Assembly: GCA_037308085.1 (NCBI GenBank)
Contig: CP147779.1
Span: forward strand, 1,184,001 to 1,248,000
DNA length: 64,000 nucleotides
Direction: 5' to 3'
DNA from: Promethearchaeati archaeon SRVP18_Atabeyarchaeia-1
Lineage (GTDB): Archaea > Asgardarchaeota > Atabeyarchaeia > Atabeyarchaeales > Atabeyarchaeaceae
Part shown: one piece after another, positions 9,701 to 20,022 of the stretch
How positions within the stretch are numbered: the stretch's first letter is position 1
Layout of the letters: each line of letters starts with the position of its first letter
Position numbers and translations under genes: made by a program
The notes under the pieces: model-generated
The model's input: the letters and a program-made list of their open reading frames with translations, nothing else
Told to the model about the DNA's origin: nothing
Databases searched by the model: none

Positions 9701-10876
9701 TCACGCAAGCAATCTCTTCATTTTCACCATGAAAGTTGTCGGGCAGTTCTGCTCCCGATACAGGATATCTAGAAGCTGCTGCTCTTTCCCCGCCTCTTTG
9801 GCACGTCTCCATGCTTCCGAGACGAGATTTCCTCCCTCGTAGTAGGTGAATAGATATGCCCGCCAAAAAGGGTCCAGCAGCCAGCGCATCCCAAGCTCAG
9901 ATTCATTTCTATCGTATGCCCCCTCGTCTAACATGTACTTCCTGGCATCTTCCACGCCGAGATGCTTGTCATGAACCATCAATGCAGCGTTGGCTCTAAT
10001 CGAACGTCTGAAAGTCATTTCAAGCGCCTGTATCTTATCTTCCGCCATAGATGGTTCGCCGAGGATGAACTTTGTGGAAGTGTCCGCCAGCCCCTCACTG
10101 ATCGTGGACTCCGGAGTATTCGACAACATAATACATGATTCCCGCTGATTCTTGCCTCTGTAAAGTTCAAGCTCCTTGAGAACGTGTTCCGTATGGTGAC
10201 CCGGATAAGTCTGGTGCGTCACGTGAATCGGTAACGAGGCAGAAATAAGCGGATAGTCGACGTTCAGCCTGAATAGCGATTTGTAGTTACCAAGATACTT
10301 ATTATCTGAGCTGTAAGGTCTATTCACGAGTCTGTCGAACTCAACTTCTTCTCCAGGCGGCAGCTGAAAAACCCTCCGCGTGTGTTCTCTGGCCTCTGCC
10401 ACTAGATTGTAGAAGATCGCCTTCAGCCTCTCTCCGGAAATAAGCCTCTTCTTCTCAAATTCCAGAAGCATCTCAGCCAGACTGCCTTGATACCCCTTCC
10501 TCCTGAGAAGGCTTTCAAGTTCTCCTCTCAGTTCGGAGATCTCTTGCTGCTTCACGTCCTTTGGCTCAATGTCCAACGTGCTACTCACGAACTCCCGGTA
10601 GGACATTCTCAGGCCCATCTGAACCCTAGCGTGGGCATGGATTGCCCTTATCTGCTTCAACAGGAAGGTCTTTCTCATCTCATCAATTGGCTCCGACGCA
10701 ACCTGTTTCCTGAGCTCCTCGAGTTCGAAGAGTATCTCGCCCATTGGTTTCAAGTGTTCCTTGTCCACCAATTCAGCTAGTTCCTGCGGTCCAAAGTAAG
10801 AATCTACAAGGCCGTCAACATGTCTTCCAAGCCTTAAGGAAACGACCACGAACTTGCTAGAAAAATCTGCTTCCAT
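9701..10876 (-). CDS. DUF885-like zincin-fold protein with HQ in place of HE
   Basis: VDSYFGP, HQTYPGHH, ISEGLA, AYLFTYYEG. Confidence 0.7.
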   Translation of the reverse strand: MEADFSSKFVVVSLRLGRHVDGLVDSYFGPQELAELVDKEHLKPMGEILFELEELRKQVASEPIDEMRKTFLLKQIRAIHAHARVQMGLRMSYREFVSSTLDIEPKDVKQQEISELRGELESLLRRKGYQGSLAEMLLEFEKKRLISGERLKAIFYNLVAEAREHTRRVFQLPPGEEVEFDRLVNRPYSSDNKYLGNYKSLFRLNVDYPLISASLPIHVTHQTYPGHHTEHVLKELELYRGKNQRESCIMLSNTPESTISEGLADTSTKFILGEPSMAEDKIQALEMTFRRSIRANAALMVHDKHLGVEDARKYMLDEGAYDRNESELGMRWLLDPFWRAYLFTYYEGGNLVSEAWRRAKEAGKEQQLLDILYREQNCPTTFMVKMKRLLA

Positions 10877-11093
10877 CTATCCCGGAGCACCTCTGGGCAA
10901 ATAACAAGAAAGGCTGTTGCTCAGATATAACATTTGGCAATTTTGGATTGAGCCCTCTGCATTATGGCGAACTGATAGCCTTAATAGATGGTGGAAATAC
11001 TCTTGCAACTAAGTTGCTACAAGCTTTCGCCCGAATTCAGGTGCGATCAGACTGTAGCACCGTCAATACGTAAGCGCAGAGGTAAGGTGGCAC

Positions 11094-13565
11094 ATGGCCA
11101 AGCGAGGGCGTGATGGAAGCAGACTTGATCTCACCGTTGCGGATGACGGGACTATTGAAATATCCAATCAATTCGAAGCCTTCAAGTTTGAGCTGGGCGC
11201 CGGCAAGTTCAGCATAATTCCAAAGGGGAATTCTGGTGCTTCAATTCGGGGCGCTTTCTCACGCGTGGTTTTGAGTGATGGAGCGAAATTCAATACGAGC
11301 GATAAATGGGCTACAAGAACGTGGGAAAAGACTAGGACCGGCAAGGGTGGTAAACAGGGGATTTGTCTAGAGGTTTCCTATGGCGGCTCTCCGGACAAGA
11401 AGCTCGGCAGTGGCTCGCTGATTCTCTCAGCAGAGGTATTTGCCAAGAATCCCGCGATTCTTCTTGGGCTACAACTCAAAAACAGTAGTGGCAAGCCAGT
11501 AAGGGTCAAGGAGTTCCAGCCCCTTGTTGTCGAGGTTGCCGATGGTGGCTCCTTTGAACTTGGCTCAGGCATTAAGACTTGGCGATTCCTCAAGAATGGA
11601 TACCAGACTTCAACTCCATGCAACTCTTTATCTCTCACCGAGTTAGACAAGACTTGTTCTGTTGATCTCTTTAGGAATAACTACAACCCGCGCTCCAGAC
11701 TTAATCCAGTCAAGGGGGAGTTCGAGAGCGATTGGGTGACAGCATTCAAAGACAACGCGAGTGGCAACTCTGCCGTTGTAGGCTTTGTAACCATGACGGA
11801 CAACATGTGTCAAGTAGATTTCAAGGTGGACGACGCGCAGAGCAGAATAGATGGTCTCTGGGCTAGATCAGTCTGCGACGACATCATATGTGACCACGGC
11901 GGTTCCCTCAAATCTGAAAAAGCACTAGTCGATCTAGCAGGTCAAGTCAATGAAGCCCTCGAACGTTATGCGGGTTGCGTGTCAGCTGCGATGAATGCTG
12001 TCCCGTGGAAGAAAGTCTTAACTGGTTGGTGTTCTTGGTACGAGTTCTTCGAAAGAATATCTGAAGAACTCATACTGAATGTGGTAGAATACTACCGAAA
12101 GAACCGCGAGAAGTACGCGATAGACTTCATCCAAGTTGACGATGGCTACTTCGTTCACAGGGGGGATTGGACAACTCCCAGCGAACTGTTTCCCCACGGG
12201 ATGAAATTCATCGCTGACAAAATCAAGGCTGCAGGTTTCAAGCCTGGCATATGGCTATCACCATTCCAGATTAGTGGTGGATCCAAGCTTTTCAAGGAGC
12301 ACCCAGACTGGACCATCAAGGACAAGAAGGGTAGCCCCCTGGCAGAGGGCTTCGACGCCTCGATGAAGTACAGCTACTACTGTCTGGACTGCACAAATCC
12401 AGAAGTCATCAAGTGGATAAAGTCTCTATTCAAGGTGATAACGGCGGGGTGGGGCTACGAGTACCTGAAGATCGACTTCCTCTACGCTGCCGCAGCCGAT
12501 GGTACAAGACATGACAATAATGCAACCAGAGGTCAAGCTTTGAGGGCTGGACTTAAAGCGATTAGGGAAACAGTGGGCGACAAGACCCCAATACTTGGCT
12601 GCCTTGCGCCAATTGGACAAGCCGTCGGGATGGTGAATTCATACAGAGTCTCGCCGGACACCGCCACAAGATGGAAATCACCTTGGCCTTTCGACTGCGG
12701 TCCGGCTCTCAGAGACGCTATGAGAAACACGATCCTCAGATACTTCATGCACAACCAGTTCTGGGCTAATGACCCTGACTGCGTGATCGCAAGAAGAGGA
12801 AAGGAACGATCAGAGTACCCGAAGTCAGCCGAGATTGAATACTTGGCGCAGGGTGGAACGATAAGTGAAGAAGAAGTGAGATTCGAGTTCACGGTGCTCG
12901 GCATTCTTGGAGGTCCATTGATTTACTCGGATGACCCAATTCACCTCCCACCGGAGCGAGAGAAGTACCTCCCATTGCTCTTGCCACCATACGAGGGAAA
13001 AGCCAGGGTGGTAGATCTACTGGAGGAAGCCTTGCCTCGTATCTTGGACTTGAGGATTAGCAGAGACTACGACAAATGGGATCTTGTAGGGCTTCTCAAC
13101 TGGGGAGAGTCGCCCTCAGATGCACAACTTGAATTCACCAAAATCGGATTGAAGAAGGAAGTTGATTACCACGTGTTCAGCTTCTGGGACGAGAGATACC
13201 TTGGCAGAGTTAAAGATGGGGTCGTCGTTAAGAACATACCAGCACATTCAGCAAGCCTCCTCTCTATAAGAGAGGCTCGCATTCGACCGCAGCTCGTTTC
13301 TTCAAACATTCACATCACGCAGGGCGCAGCAGAAGTGAGTGGATGCACATGGAACGAGAAGACGAAGGCGCTAGAAGTCACGCTTAATCACCCTGGCAGG
13401 AGAAGCGGGAGAATCTTTGTTCACGTCCCTCCTCCCTTTAAATTCAGATCGATTACGCCAGAAGACACCAAACTGACTTTGCAGAAAGCGGGGGGAGACG
13501 AGACATTACTAACAGCCGAGCTAGACTTTAAGCAGACTGTGCGGTTGTCGATCACATTCGACTAG
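11094..13565 (+). CDS. Alpha-galactosidase, GH36 family
   Basis: GWCSWY, QVDDG, FPHGMK, PGIW, YLKIDF, RVSPD, NDPD motifs. Confidence 0.88.
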   Translation: MAKRGRDGSRLDLTVADDGTIEISNQFEAFKFELGAGKFSIIPKGNSGASIRGAFSRVVLSDGAKFNTSDKWATRTWEKTRTGKGGKQGICLEVSYGGSPDKKLGSGSLILSAEVFAKNPAILLGLQLKNSSGKPVRVKEFQPLVVEVADGGSFELGSGIKTWRFLKNGYQTSTPCNSLSLTELDKTCSVDLFRNNYNPRSRLNPVKGEFESDWVTAFKDNASGNSAVVGFVTMTDNMCQVDFKVDDAQSRIDGLWARSVCDDIICDHGGSLKSEKALVDLAGQVNEALERYAGCVSAAMNAVPWKKVLTGWCSWYEFFERISEELILNVVEYYRKNREKYAIDFIQVDDGYFVHRGDWTTPSELFPHGMKFIADKIKAAGFKPGIWLSPFQISGGSKLFKEHPDWTIKDKKGSPLAEGFDASMKYSYYCLDCTNPEVIKWIKSLFKVITAGWGYEYLKIDFLYAAAADGTRHDNNATRGQALRAGLKAIRETVGDKTPILGCLAPIGQAVGMVNSYRVSPDTATRWKSPWPFDCGPALRDAMRNTILRYFMHNQFWANDPDCVIARRGKERSEYPKSAEIEYLAQGGTISEEEVRFEFTVLGILGGPLIYSDDPIHLPPEREKYLPLLLPPYEGKARVVDLLEEALPRILDLRISRDYDKWDLVGLLNWGESPSDAQLEFTKIGLKKEVDYHVFSFWDERYLGRVKDGVVVKNIPAHSASLLSIREARIRPQLVSSNIHITQGAAEVSGCTWNEKTKALEVTLNHPGRRSGRIFVHVPPPFKFRSITPEDTKLTLQKAGGDETLLTAELDFKQTVRLSITFD

Positions 13566-13623
13566 GTATAAGCATTCTTCCAAGATTCGGAGCGAAACCA
13601 TTGCCCTGTCCTGTCACCCAGGA

Positions 13624-14964
13624 GTGGTGAATAGAGTGGCGACTATTCATAATGATCCCGAAAGGTTGTTTGCCGCTTCAGCGCCCGGAAGAGCTGATTT
13701 TCTGAATACGCATCAAGACTACAAGGGATTGCCCGTTGTCCCCGTAGCGCTGGATCTGCGGACATACATGGTCGCTGCCAAGACAAGCTCATCTGGAACC
13801 ATAGAAGCTGTCTCGCTGGATCTTGAAGAAAAAGGTGAAGACCATGAGGAGACCTTCATCATTGGAGAAGACCTGGTGTACGGCGAGAAAGGTTCCTTCG
13901 GCAATTACCTCAGGGCAGTGGCTAAGGTGGCTTTGGCCACAGGAAGAAAAACATCGGCGAGACACGAGACCAAAAGTTTTGGTCTGAGTGTCTTGATCAA
14001 GAGCCAAGTTCCTGTGTCCGCAGGATTAGGCAGTAGCGCTGCCCTTGAAATATGCTTTGCCACACTGCTGAACAAAGCTTATGGCTTGAGGCTTGGCCCA
14101 AAGGGTCTGGCAGAAGTCGGTTTCCAGGCTGAGAATGTTGAACTTGGGATACCTTGTGGACGCCTAGACCAGTATGGCTCGTCCTTCGGAGGAGTCATAA
14201 TCGTTGAGTGCAGGCCTCCCTACAGCGTTAGGCGAATCCCATTCAAGAATCTATGGTTTGTCGTAGTTGATACAGGTATAAGACACTCCACTGCGAAGAT
14301 TCACCCTGTCCGTCAGGGTGAGTTAAATCGAGGGCTCAAGGCTCTCCTTGAGAACAAGTCGATAGGTGGCGAATTGAGGAATAAGCTTTCCCCGCGCTTC
14401 GACGAGGCAAAGTGGAGCGAGTTGTCTGAAGAAGAGCTTTCGCCATATCTCTCGACCCTAGACGAAGTATCCGAGAAACGCATATTGTTCACCCTTAGAA
14501 TGCAGAGGTCAACAGAACTGGCTCTCGCCATCATGGAGAAGGGTGCAAAAGCGAAAGAGTTCGTTTCCAAGGCGCAGAAGATCGCTGGACTGAAGGAGCT
14601 TCTTCCCTCTAGAGAATTCGAGTTTTCCCGCTCTCAGAATAGAATACTACAACTACTTGGTTCGATAATGAACTACCAACATCTTTTGCTCAGAGATCTG
14701 TACGATGTTAGCTTGCCTGAGATCGAGAACATAAGGGAAGCGATGCTCGGAGTCGAGGCTTATGGAGTCAAAATCTCTGGTGCAGGACTGGGTGGGTCGG
14801 TGATAGCCCTAGTCGGCGGCAAGAGCAACGGGAAAGCATCGCTTGAGACAGCGCTCAAGGCAGGCGCGAAACAAGGCTGGGTATCCAGCGTCGGCGCTGG
14901 AGCTAGAATTGAGAATGAAAAAGACATCAACATCCAACGTATCCTGAAGCAGCATCCAATCTAG
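13624..14964 (+). CDS. galK: Galactokinase (GHMP kinase)
   Basis: APGRADFLNTHQDY, PVSAGLGSSAA, CGRLDQY, GVKISGAGLGG; follows the GH36 gene. Confidence 0.85.
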   Translation: MVNRVATIHNDPERLFAASAPGRADFLNTHQDYKGLPVVPVALDLRTYMVAAKTSSSGTIEAVSLDLEEKGEDHEETFIIGEDLVYGEKGSFGNYLRAVAKVALATGRKTSARHETKSFGLSVLIKSQVPVSAGLGSSAALEICFATLLNKAYGLRLGPKGLAEVGFQAENVELGIPCGRLDQYGSSFGGVIIVECRPPYSVRRIPFKNLWFVVVDTGIRHSTAKIHPVRQGELNRGLKALLENKSIGGELRNKLSPRFDEAKWSELSEEELSPYLSTLDEVSEKRILFTLRMQRSTELALAIMEKGAKAKEFVSKAQKIAGLKELLPSREFEFSRSQNRILQLLGSIMNYQHLLLRDLYDVSLPEIENIREAMLGVEAYGVKISGAGLGGSVIALVGGKSNGKASLETALKAGAKQGWVSSVGAGARIENEKDINIQRILKQHPI

Positions 14965-15836
14965 GATGCAGGACGCTTGGTCCCACCAGTAGAGCTGTCT
15001 TCGCTGCCATAAGCGGCAATGGACCCTGACAGCATGAGCTGCAATGTGTATTTGTCAGGGGTCGCTGGTTTCCTGTCAAGTGAGTTGTCGATGTAGAGAA
15101 GTGCTGCTCGTAGCCTATCGATCTCTGGGAGAGTATTCAACTTTGAAACTACCTCAACGATTAGCCTAACCCACTCGGAGAAATCTTGATGAAGGAATCT
15201 CCTGAAGAGGACGTTGATAGTTATCTTCCTATCAGGTGAGGAGACCTCCACGGGATATCCTAGATCCTTGTTTTCGTCAAAGCCCTTCATTTGATTACTC
15301 CCCACGGTTATGTTGACACCCTTGATGTATTTCAGATCGTTGACAACGGTTTGCGGAATACGTAGAGGCCCTGTTAGTTTGGATGGCTTCCCTTGCTGAC
15401 CTGATACTCGTTCTACCTCAGACATGATCAATGGATCGATAACTAGCTCAAAGTTCTTGAAGTCGATGGATGGGGGGTTCTTCTTGTCGGCTGTGACTCG
15501 AGCACCGTACATTGCTCTGAAGACTTCGCCGAGTCTTCTGAGGATTCGATTCATAGTAACCTCGTTGTCTCCCTTATCAAAAGCGAGGATAAACATCAGG
15601 TTACCGAACCCTCTAATTGAGAGCTTCATGTCCTCGGTAGAAAGTGAGTATGATGCGCCCAGGCTCATCGCCTTGTCGAGCTTCTCTTTGTCCGTGCTCA
15701 GCTCTCCGAGAAAAGTTGTAAGAGCGCTCATGTAACCGGAAAAAAGCTCCTCTCCCATACCCTGTTCCCTATAGTACTTACTGAAAATGGGAATCCCAGA
15801 GTCCTTGTCAATTACCCATAGGCCACGCGCGGGCAT
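14961..15836 (-). CDS. Longin-like domain protein with C-terminal extension
   Basis: LWVID..GIPIFSKYY...LFSGYMSAL..F...L..VF...Y...F..F pattern typical of Asgard longin-like domains; ATG at 15836. Confidence 0.7.
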   Translation of the reverse strand: MPARGLWVIDKDSGIPIFSKYYREQGMGEELFSGYMSALTTFLGELSTDKEKLDKAMSLGASYSLSTEDMKLSIRGFGNLMFILAFDKGDNEVTMNRILRRLGEVFRAMYGARVTADKKNPPSIDFKNFELVIDPLIMSEVERVSGQQGKPSKLTGPLRIPQTVVNDLKYIKGVNITVGSNQMKGFDENKDLGYPVEVSSPDRKITINVLFRRFLHQDFSEWVRLIVEVVSKLNTLPEIDRLRAALLYIDNSLDRKPATPDKYTLQLMLSGSIAAYGSEDSSTGGTKRPAS

Positions 15837-15986
15837 CGAAGAGGCACCCCAACAACCAATCGCTATCCAGATCGCTTCATACATAAGAACCTTGGTCTAT
15901 GATGTCACGGCGCAACTTAATCAAGCTGCTGTCTGCTAATAGAGTCGGCATCTTGGGTGGAGGAGACGGACGCTATCTCTGAAATC

Positions 15987-18386
15987 TTAGTCTCGCGCCA
16001 ATATTTTTCTCTTAACGTAGTCTTTTGGAAATATCATCACTGCAGCCAGGAGAGAGACTGCCAGCACCGCCTCTAGTGGAATTGGAACCAAGGCTCCTCT
16101 GATGCCAACCAGACAAAGTGCCGTCGCAAAGACAGTATCCAAGACAAGGGCGGCTGACAGGGCTCTGCCTGGTCTTGAAGTCCAGAATGATCTTCTCTCT
16201 CGCACTACGAGCATGTTGGCAACGCCTGACACAAGGAGCATATAAAAGACAAAGGTGTAGAGTGCGCCAACGTCCAGCTCAAAGAACCTGAGAGCTAAGG
16301 ACAGTCCAATGAACATCTCAAGCAATACTACTGTGCTTATTGCCAGTGCGACCTTCGTCATCTTGCCAACTTCCCATCTATCGGGATACGCTGACGGCTT
16401 GACATTGTCTGTGGCAATCGAGATAGTTATGAAATCAATGAGAAAGAGTAGCAGAACTAGGTGAATAGTGGTTGTGACAAGCATTCTCAGCATGAAGAAT
16501 GTGATAGACAAGAAAATTGAGATTTGAAACGTCTTGACAATTCTGTTCAAGATCCATGTGTACATCCTTTGGAAAGCTTCCCTTCCAGTCTTGACGAGTT
16601 CAACAATTCCCGAGAGGCCTTCACTTGTGAGCACGACGCTCGCAGCTGCCTTCGCCGCATCGGCAGCGTTCTGCAACGCGACGCCCACTTCAGCCTGCTT
16701 GAGCGCTGGTACATCATTTACTCCGTCACCAGTCATTCCGACTATTCGGTGTGCAGACTGGAAACTCCTTACTATTTTGAGCTTGTCTTCAGGGAAGACC
16801 TCCGCAAAAACGTCGCATTCACCAGCAGCACGATTCATTCTTTCGCCAGAAGTATATAGCTTGCATGCGCTCCCGGCGATTCCAACTTCCCTAGCAACAG
16901 TCACGGCAACTCGGGCGCCATCCCCGGTCACCATTTTCACATCTATGCCGAGGTCCCTTAGTTCTGCAATGAGCTTTCGAGAGTCCTTCCTAGGTCTATC
17001 CTGCAGTGGCATGAAACCTACGAGGCTCCAGCGACCATTGTCCTCGACGGCTACAGCTATTACCCTGTAGCCGCTTGTCGAGAGCCTCTCCACTACCTGT
17101 CCATGGATCTTCTTTGTAGCATCGTCCGAGTCGGCAATTTCGATGATCATCTGGGGGGCGCCCTTGACGATTCTAATCAGGTGCCCGTCAGGTTTTTCCA
17201 CCAGCGCCTCTGTTCTTTTCGTTGCAGGGTCAAAAGGTGTGAAGCTACGAACCCTGTATTTCTCCACTCTGACCCCAAGTGATTTGGCGTACTCTAAGGC
17301 TGCGATGTCAATTGGGTCTTGTGAAGCCTCTTCAGACGCCAGCATGGCAAAGAGAGCAACGTCTTCTTGATGGAAATCTCCCAAGGATACGGGTTCAGTG
17401 ACCGACAGCATGTTTTCGGTGATCGTTCCAGTTTTGTCCGCGCAGATAGTCGTCATCGTTGCGGCGTCCTCTACTGCAGTTATCCTCGTCACGAGAACGC
17501 CTTTCTTGTAGAGCCTGAGTGCACCCACTGACATCGTGACAGTAAACATAACTGGCAAAGCTATCGGTACAGAGGACACGAGCAGCATTAGAACAAAGTT
17601 CAACATCGCACCGAACTCCAAGCCCACGAGGAAAGAGAATCCGACAACGCAAACTGCAACGATCGCGACGATTAGTAACACGTACCTCACGACGTCTCCG
17701 ATCAACTCTTCGACGTGAGACCTTGCCTTCGCCCCCTTGACAAGGGTAATCGTGTTACCGTAGAACGTCTTTGAACCTGTTGATACGACAACCGATTTTG
17801 CCTCTCCTTTTCTGACTATTGATCCTGCGTAAGCAAAACCGCAAGCTTCCTTTTCAACAGGCAAAGACTCACCCGTGAGAGAAGATTCGTCCACAAGAAT
17901 TCTTCCCTCAACTAGCTTTACATCAGCAGGGATTATGTCGCCAATCCTCACAAGTATGATGTCTCCAGGGACTATCTCTCGCGATGGCTTCAGAGCCCAT
18001 TCGCCGTCCCTGAGGATCCTACTGTTGACATAGAGCTTCTTCCTAAGGAGTTCGACAGCCTTCCCTGACCTGGATTCCTCTGAGGATCCTATTGCAGCGT
18101 TTAGGACTAACAACCCCACAACAAGGTATAATGTGAAAACTTGGTTCAACAGAAAACTGACGACTGCCACGGTTTCCAGCATCCACGCGGTTGGACCCCA
18201 GAACCTTCGAAGGAATAGCGATAGCGGATTTGTCTTCTTCTCCTTAACCTCATTGAGACCGAATTTCAACAACCTTTCCTTGGCTTCTCTGCCACTCAGG
18301 CCGTCCAGTGAAGTTTCTACCGACTTCAATGTTACATCTATTGTCGCGGATTCTAGTGATCTTCCACGATTCACTGTGGAACCCAT
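15987..18386 (-). CDS. P-type ATPase, type IIIA (H+-exporting)
   Basis: TGES, VPIALP, DKTGT, KGAP, TGD, GDGVND. Confidence 0.92.
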   Translation of the reverse strand: MGSTVNRGRSLESATIDVTLKSVETSLDGLSGREAKERLLKFGLNEVKEKKTNPLSLFLRRFWGPTAWMLETVAVVSFLLNQVFTLYLVVGLLVLNAAIGSSEESRSGKAVELLRKKLYVNSRILRDGEWALKPSREIVPGDIILVRIGDIIPADVKLVEGRILVDESSLTGESLPVEKEACGFAYAGSIVRKGEAKSVVVSTGSKTFYGNTITLVKGAKARSHVEELIGDVVRYVLLIVAIVAVCVVGFSFLVGLEFGAMLNFVLMLLVSSVPIALPVMFTVTMSVGALRLYKKGVLVTRITAVEDAATMTTICADKTGTITENMLSVTEPVSLGDFHQEDVALFAMLASEEASQDPIDIAALEYAKSLGVRVEKYRVRSFTPFDPATKRTEALVEKPDGHLIRIVKGAPQMIIEIADSDDATKKIHGQVVERLSTSGYRVIAVAVEDNGRWSLVGFMPLQDRPRKDSRKLIAELRDLGIDVKMVTGDGARVAVTVAREVGIAGSACKLYTSGERMNRAAGECDVFAEVFPEDKLKIVRSFQSAHRIVGMTGDGVNDVPALKQAEVGVALQNAADAAKAAASVVLTSEGLSGIVELVKTGREAFQRMYTWILNRIVKTFQISIFLSITFFMLRMLVTTTIHLVLLLFLIDFITISIATDNVKPSAYPDRWEVGKMTKVALAISTVVLLEMFIGLSLALRFFELDVGALYTFVFYMLLVSGVANMLVVRERRSFWTSRPGRALSAALVLDTVFATALCLVGIRGALVPIPLEAVLAVSLLAAVMIFPKDYVKRKILARD

Positions 18387-18609
18387 TGGACAGCACCTGG
18401 GTCAAAGACAGAAGTGGTAATGAGACGGGATTCACTTCAGGTTTCTGGAAAGCCCCCAAGCATGTTCAGAAGCTTTGGGCAAGCTAAATATATGACCGAA
18501 ATATAAGAGTATTCCTTGAGTATCTAATAGTGAGGGAGAGCTTGTGTGACACATTGTGTTTCGATTAAGATGAATGTATTATGATCGAAGTATTCGTGGT
18601 GTGGGAAAA

Positions 18610-20022
18610 ATGTATGAAGATTTAGCAAATTTCGCACTAGACTTTGCTCAGAAGAAGGCCGGGGTCACTTATGCTGAGGTGAAGGTTGAGAGATCAGTAG
18701 GCAACGCCGTTGTCATCAAGAATGCCATGATAGATGCACTAGTCTATGCCGAAGATGAGGGACTATGCACTAGAGTAGTCACCAAGGAAGGAATTGGGTT
18801 CGCATCCACCAATATCCTCGGCAACAGTGAAGCAAAGGCTGTAGTCGACCAGGCATACAAGACTGCGCGTTCATCACGTAGGAAAACACCCATAACCTTC
18901 GCAGAGGAGAAGGGTGTCGAGGAGAAATGGACCATTGTAGAAAAAGAAAAGTTAGCGGATGTCACGCCTGAGCAACTTGTAAGCGCCGCGATGGAAACAG
19001 ACAAGTACCTAGATTCACTCGACTTGAAGTTGCCTGCAAGGATCATTCAGCTCTCGGACGACATCGCCGAGAAGTACTTCTGCAACACTGAGGGATCGAG
19101 AATATCATCAATTATACCTAGGATTGACGCTATTGCCCATATAAATGTCGAAGAAGATGGGCAAGTCGAAATGGCTTACAGAACCTATGGTTATACAGGT
19201 GGATGGGAAGGGTTAAAGAAGATCCAAATAGGCGAAACAATGGGCAACGACGCAAAGGTGCTCGCAAAGCTGATCACTGAGGGAAAGAAGCTTCCCGAAG
19301 GAGACATGGATCTGATATGTGGACCGGAAGTCACCGCTATAGCGTCGCATGAATCCTGCGGTCACCCGATGGAGGCTGACAGAATAAACGGAAGGGAAAT
19401 GAGCCAAGCAGGAAAATCCTTCGTGTCAAAAGAATTGTTGGGGCAAAGGATTGGCTCAGATGCGGTAACTATTATTGACGACCCAACAATACCTAACAGT
19501 GCAGGGTTCTACGTCTATGACGAGGAAGGCGTCAAAGCCAGACCGAGGTACCTCTACAAAAAAGGACTGATAAACGAGTTTCTGCACAACCGAGAGAGCG
19601 CTGCAATAATGGGCGGCAAGAGTAATGCTTCTTCCAGGTCAGTTAGCTACGATCGGGAAGCCATAGTGAGAATGGCCAACACTTACCTTGCCCCAGGAGA
19701 CTACACGGACGAGGAGCTTCTCGAGGATGTCAAGAAAGGCGTATGGATGGAGTCCTTCAACGAGTGGAACATTGACGATAGGAGATTTAATCAGAAGTAC
19801 ACTGGACGTGAAGCCTACCTCATCGAGAATGGGGAACGAAAACACCCTGTCAAGAACTGCGTCATTGAAACTACGACCCGCAAGTTCTGGAGCGCAGTCG
19901 ACGCCGTGTCAAAACGGCTTCAATTTGTCGCAGCGACGTGTGGGAAAGGTGACCCTGAACAAGGCATTCCAGTTCTAACAGGTGGAGCCACAGCCAGACT
20001 ACGGGAGGTGTACCTGAAGTGA
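18610..20022 (+). CDS. tldD: TldD family metalloprotease
   Basis: HESCGH, YDEEG, RMANT, CGKG. Confidence 0.93.
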   Translation: MYEDLANFALDFAQKKAGVTYAEVKVERSVGNAVVIKNAMIDALVYAEDEGLCTRVVTKEGIGFASTNILGNSEAKAVVDQAYKTARSSRRKTPITFAEEKGVEEKWTIVEKEKLADVTPEQLVSAAMETDKYLDSLDLKLPARIIQLSDDIAEKYFCNTEGSRISSIIPRIDAIAHINVEEDGQVEMAYRTYGYTGGWEGLKKIQIGETMGNDAKVLAKLITEGKKLPEGDMDLICGPEVTAIASHESCGHPMEADRINGREMSQAGKSFVSKELLGQRIGSDAVTIIDDPTIPNSAGFYVYDEEGVKARPRYLYKKGLINEFLHNRESAAIMGGKSNASSRSVSYDREAIVRMANTYLAPGDYTDEELLEDVKKGVWMESFNEWNIDDRRFNQKYTGREAYLIENGERKHPVKNCVIETTTRKFWSAVDAVSKRLQFVAATCGKGDPEQGIPVLTGGATARLREVYLK

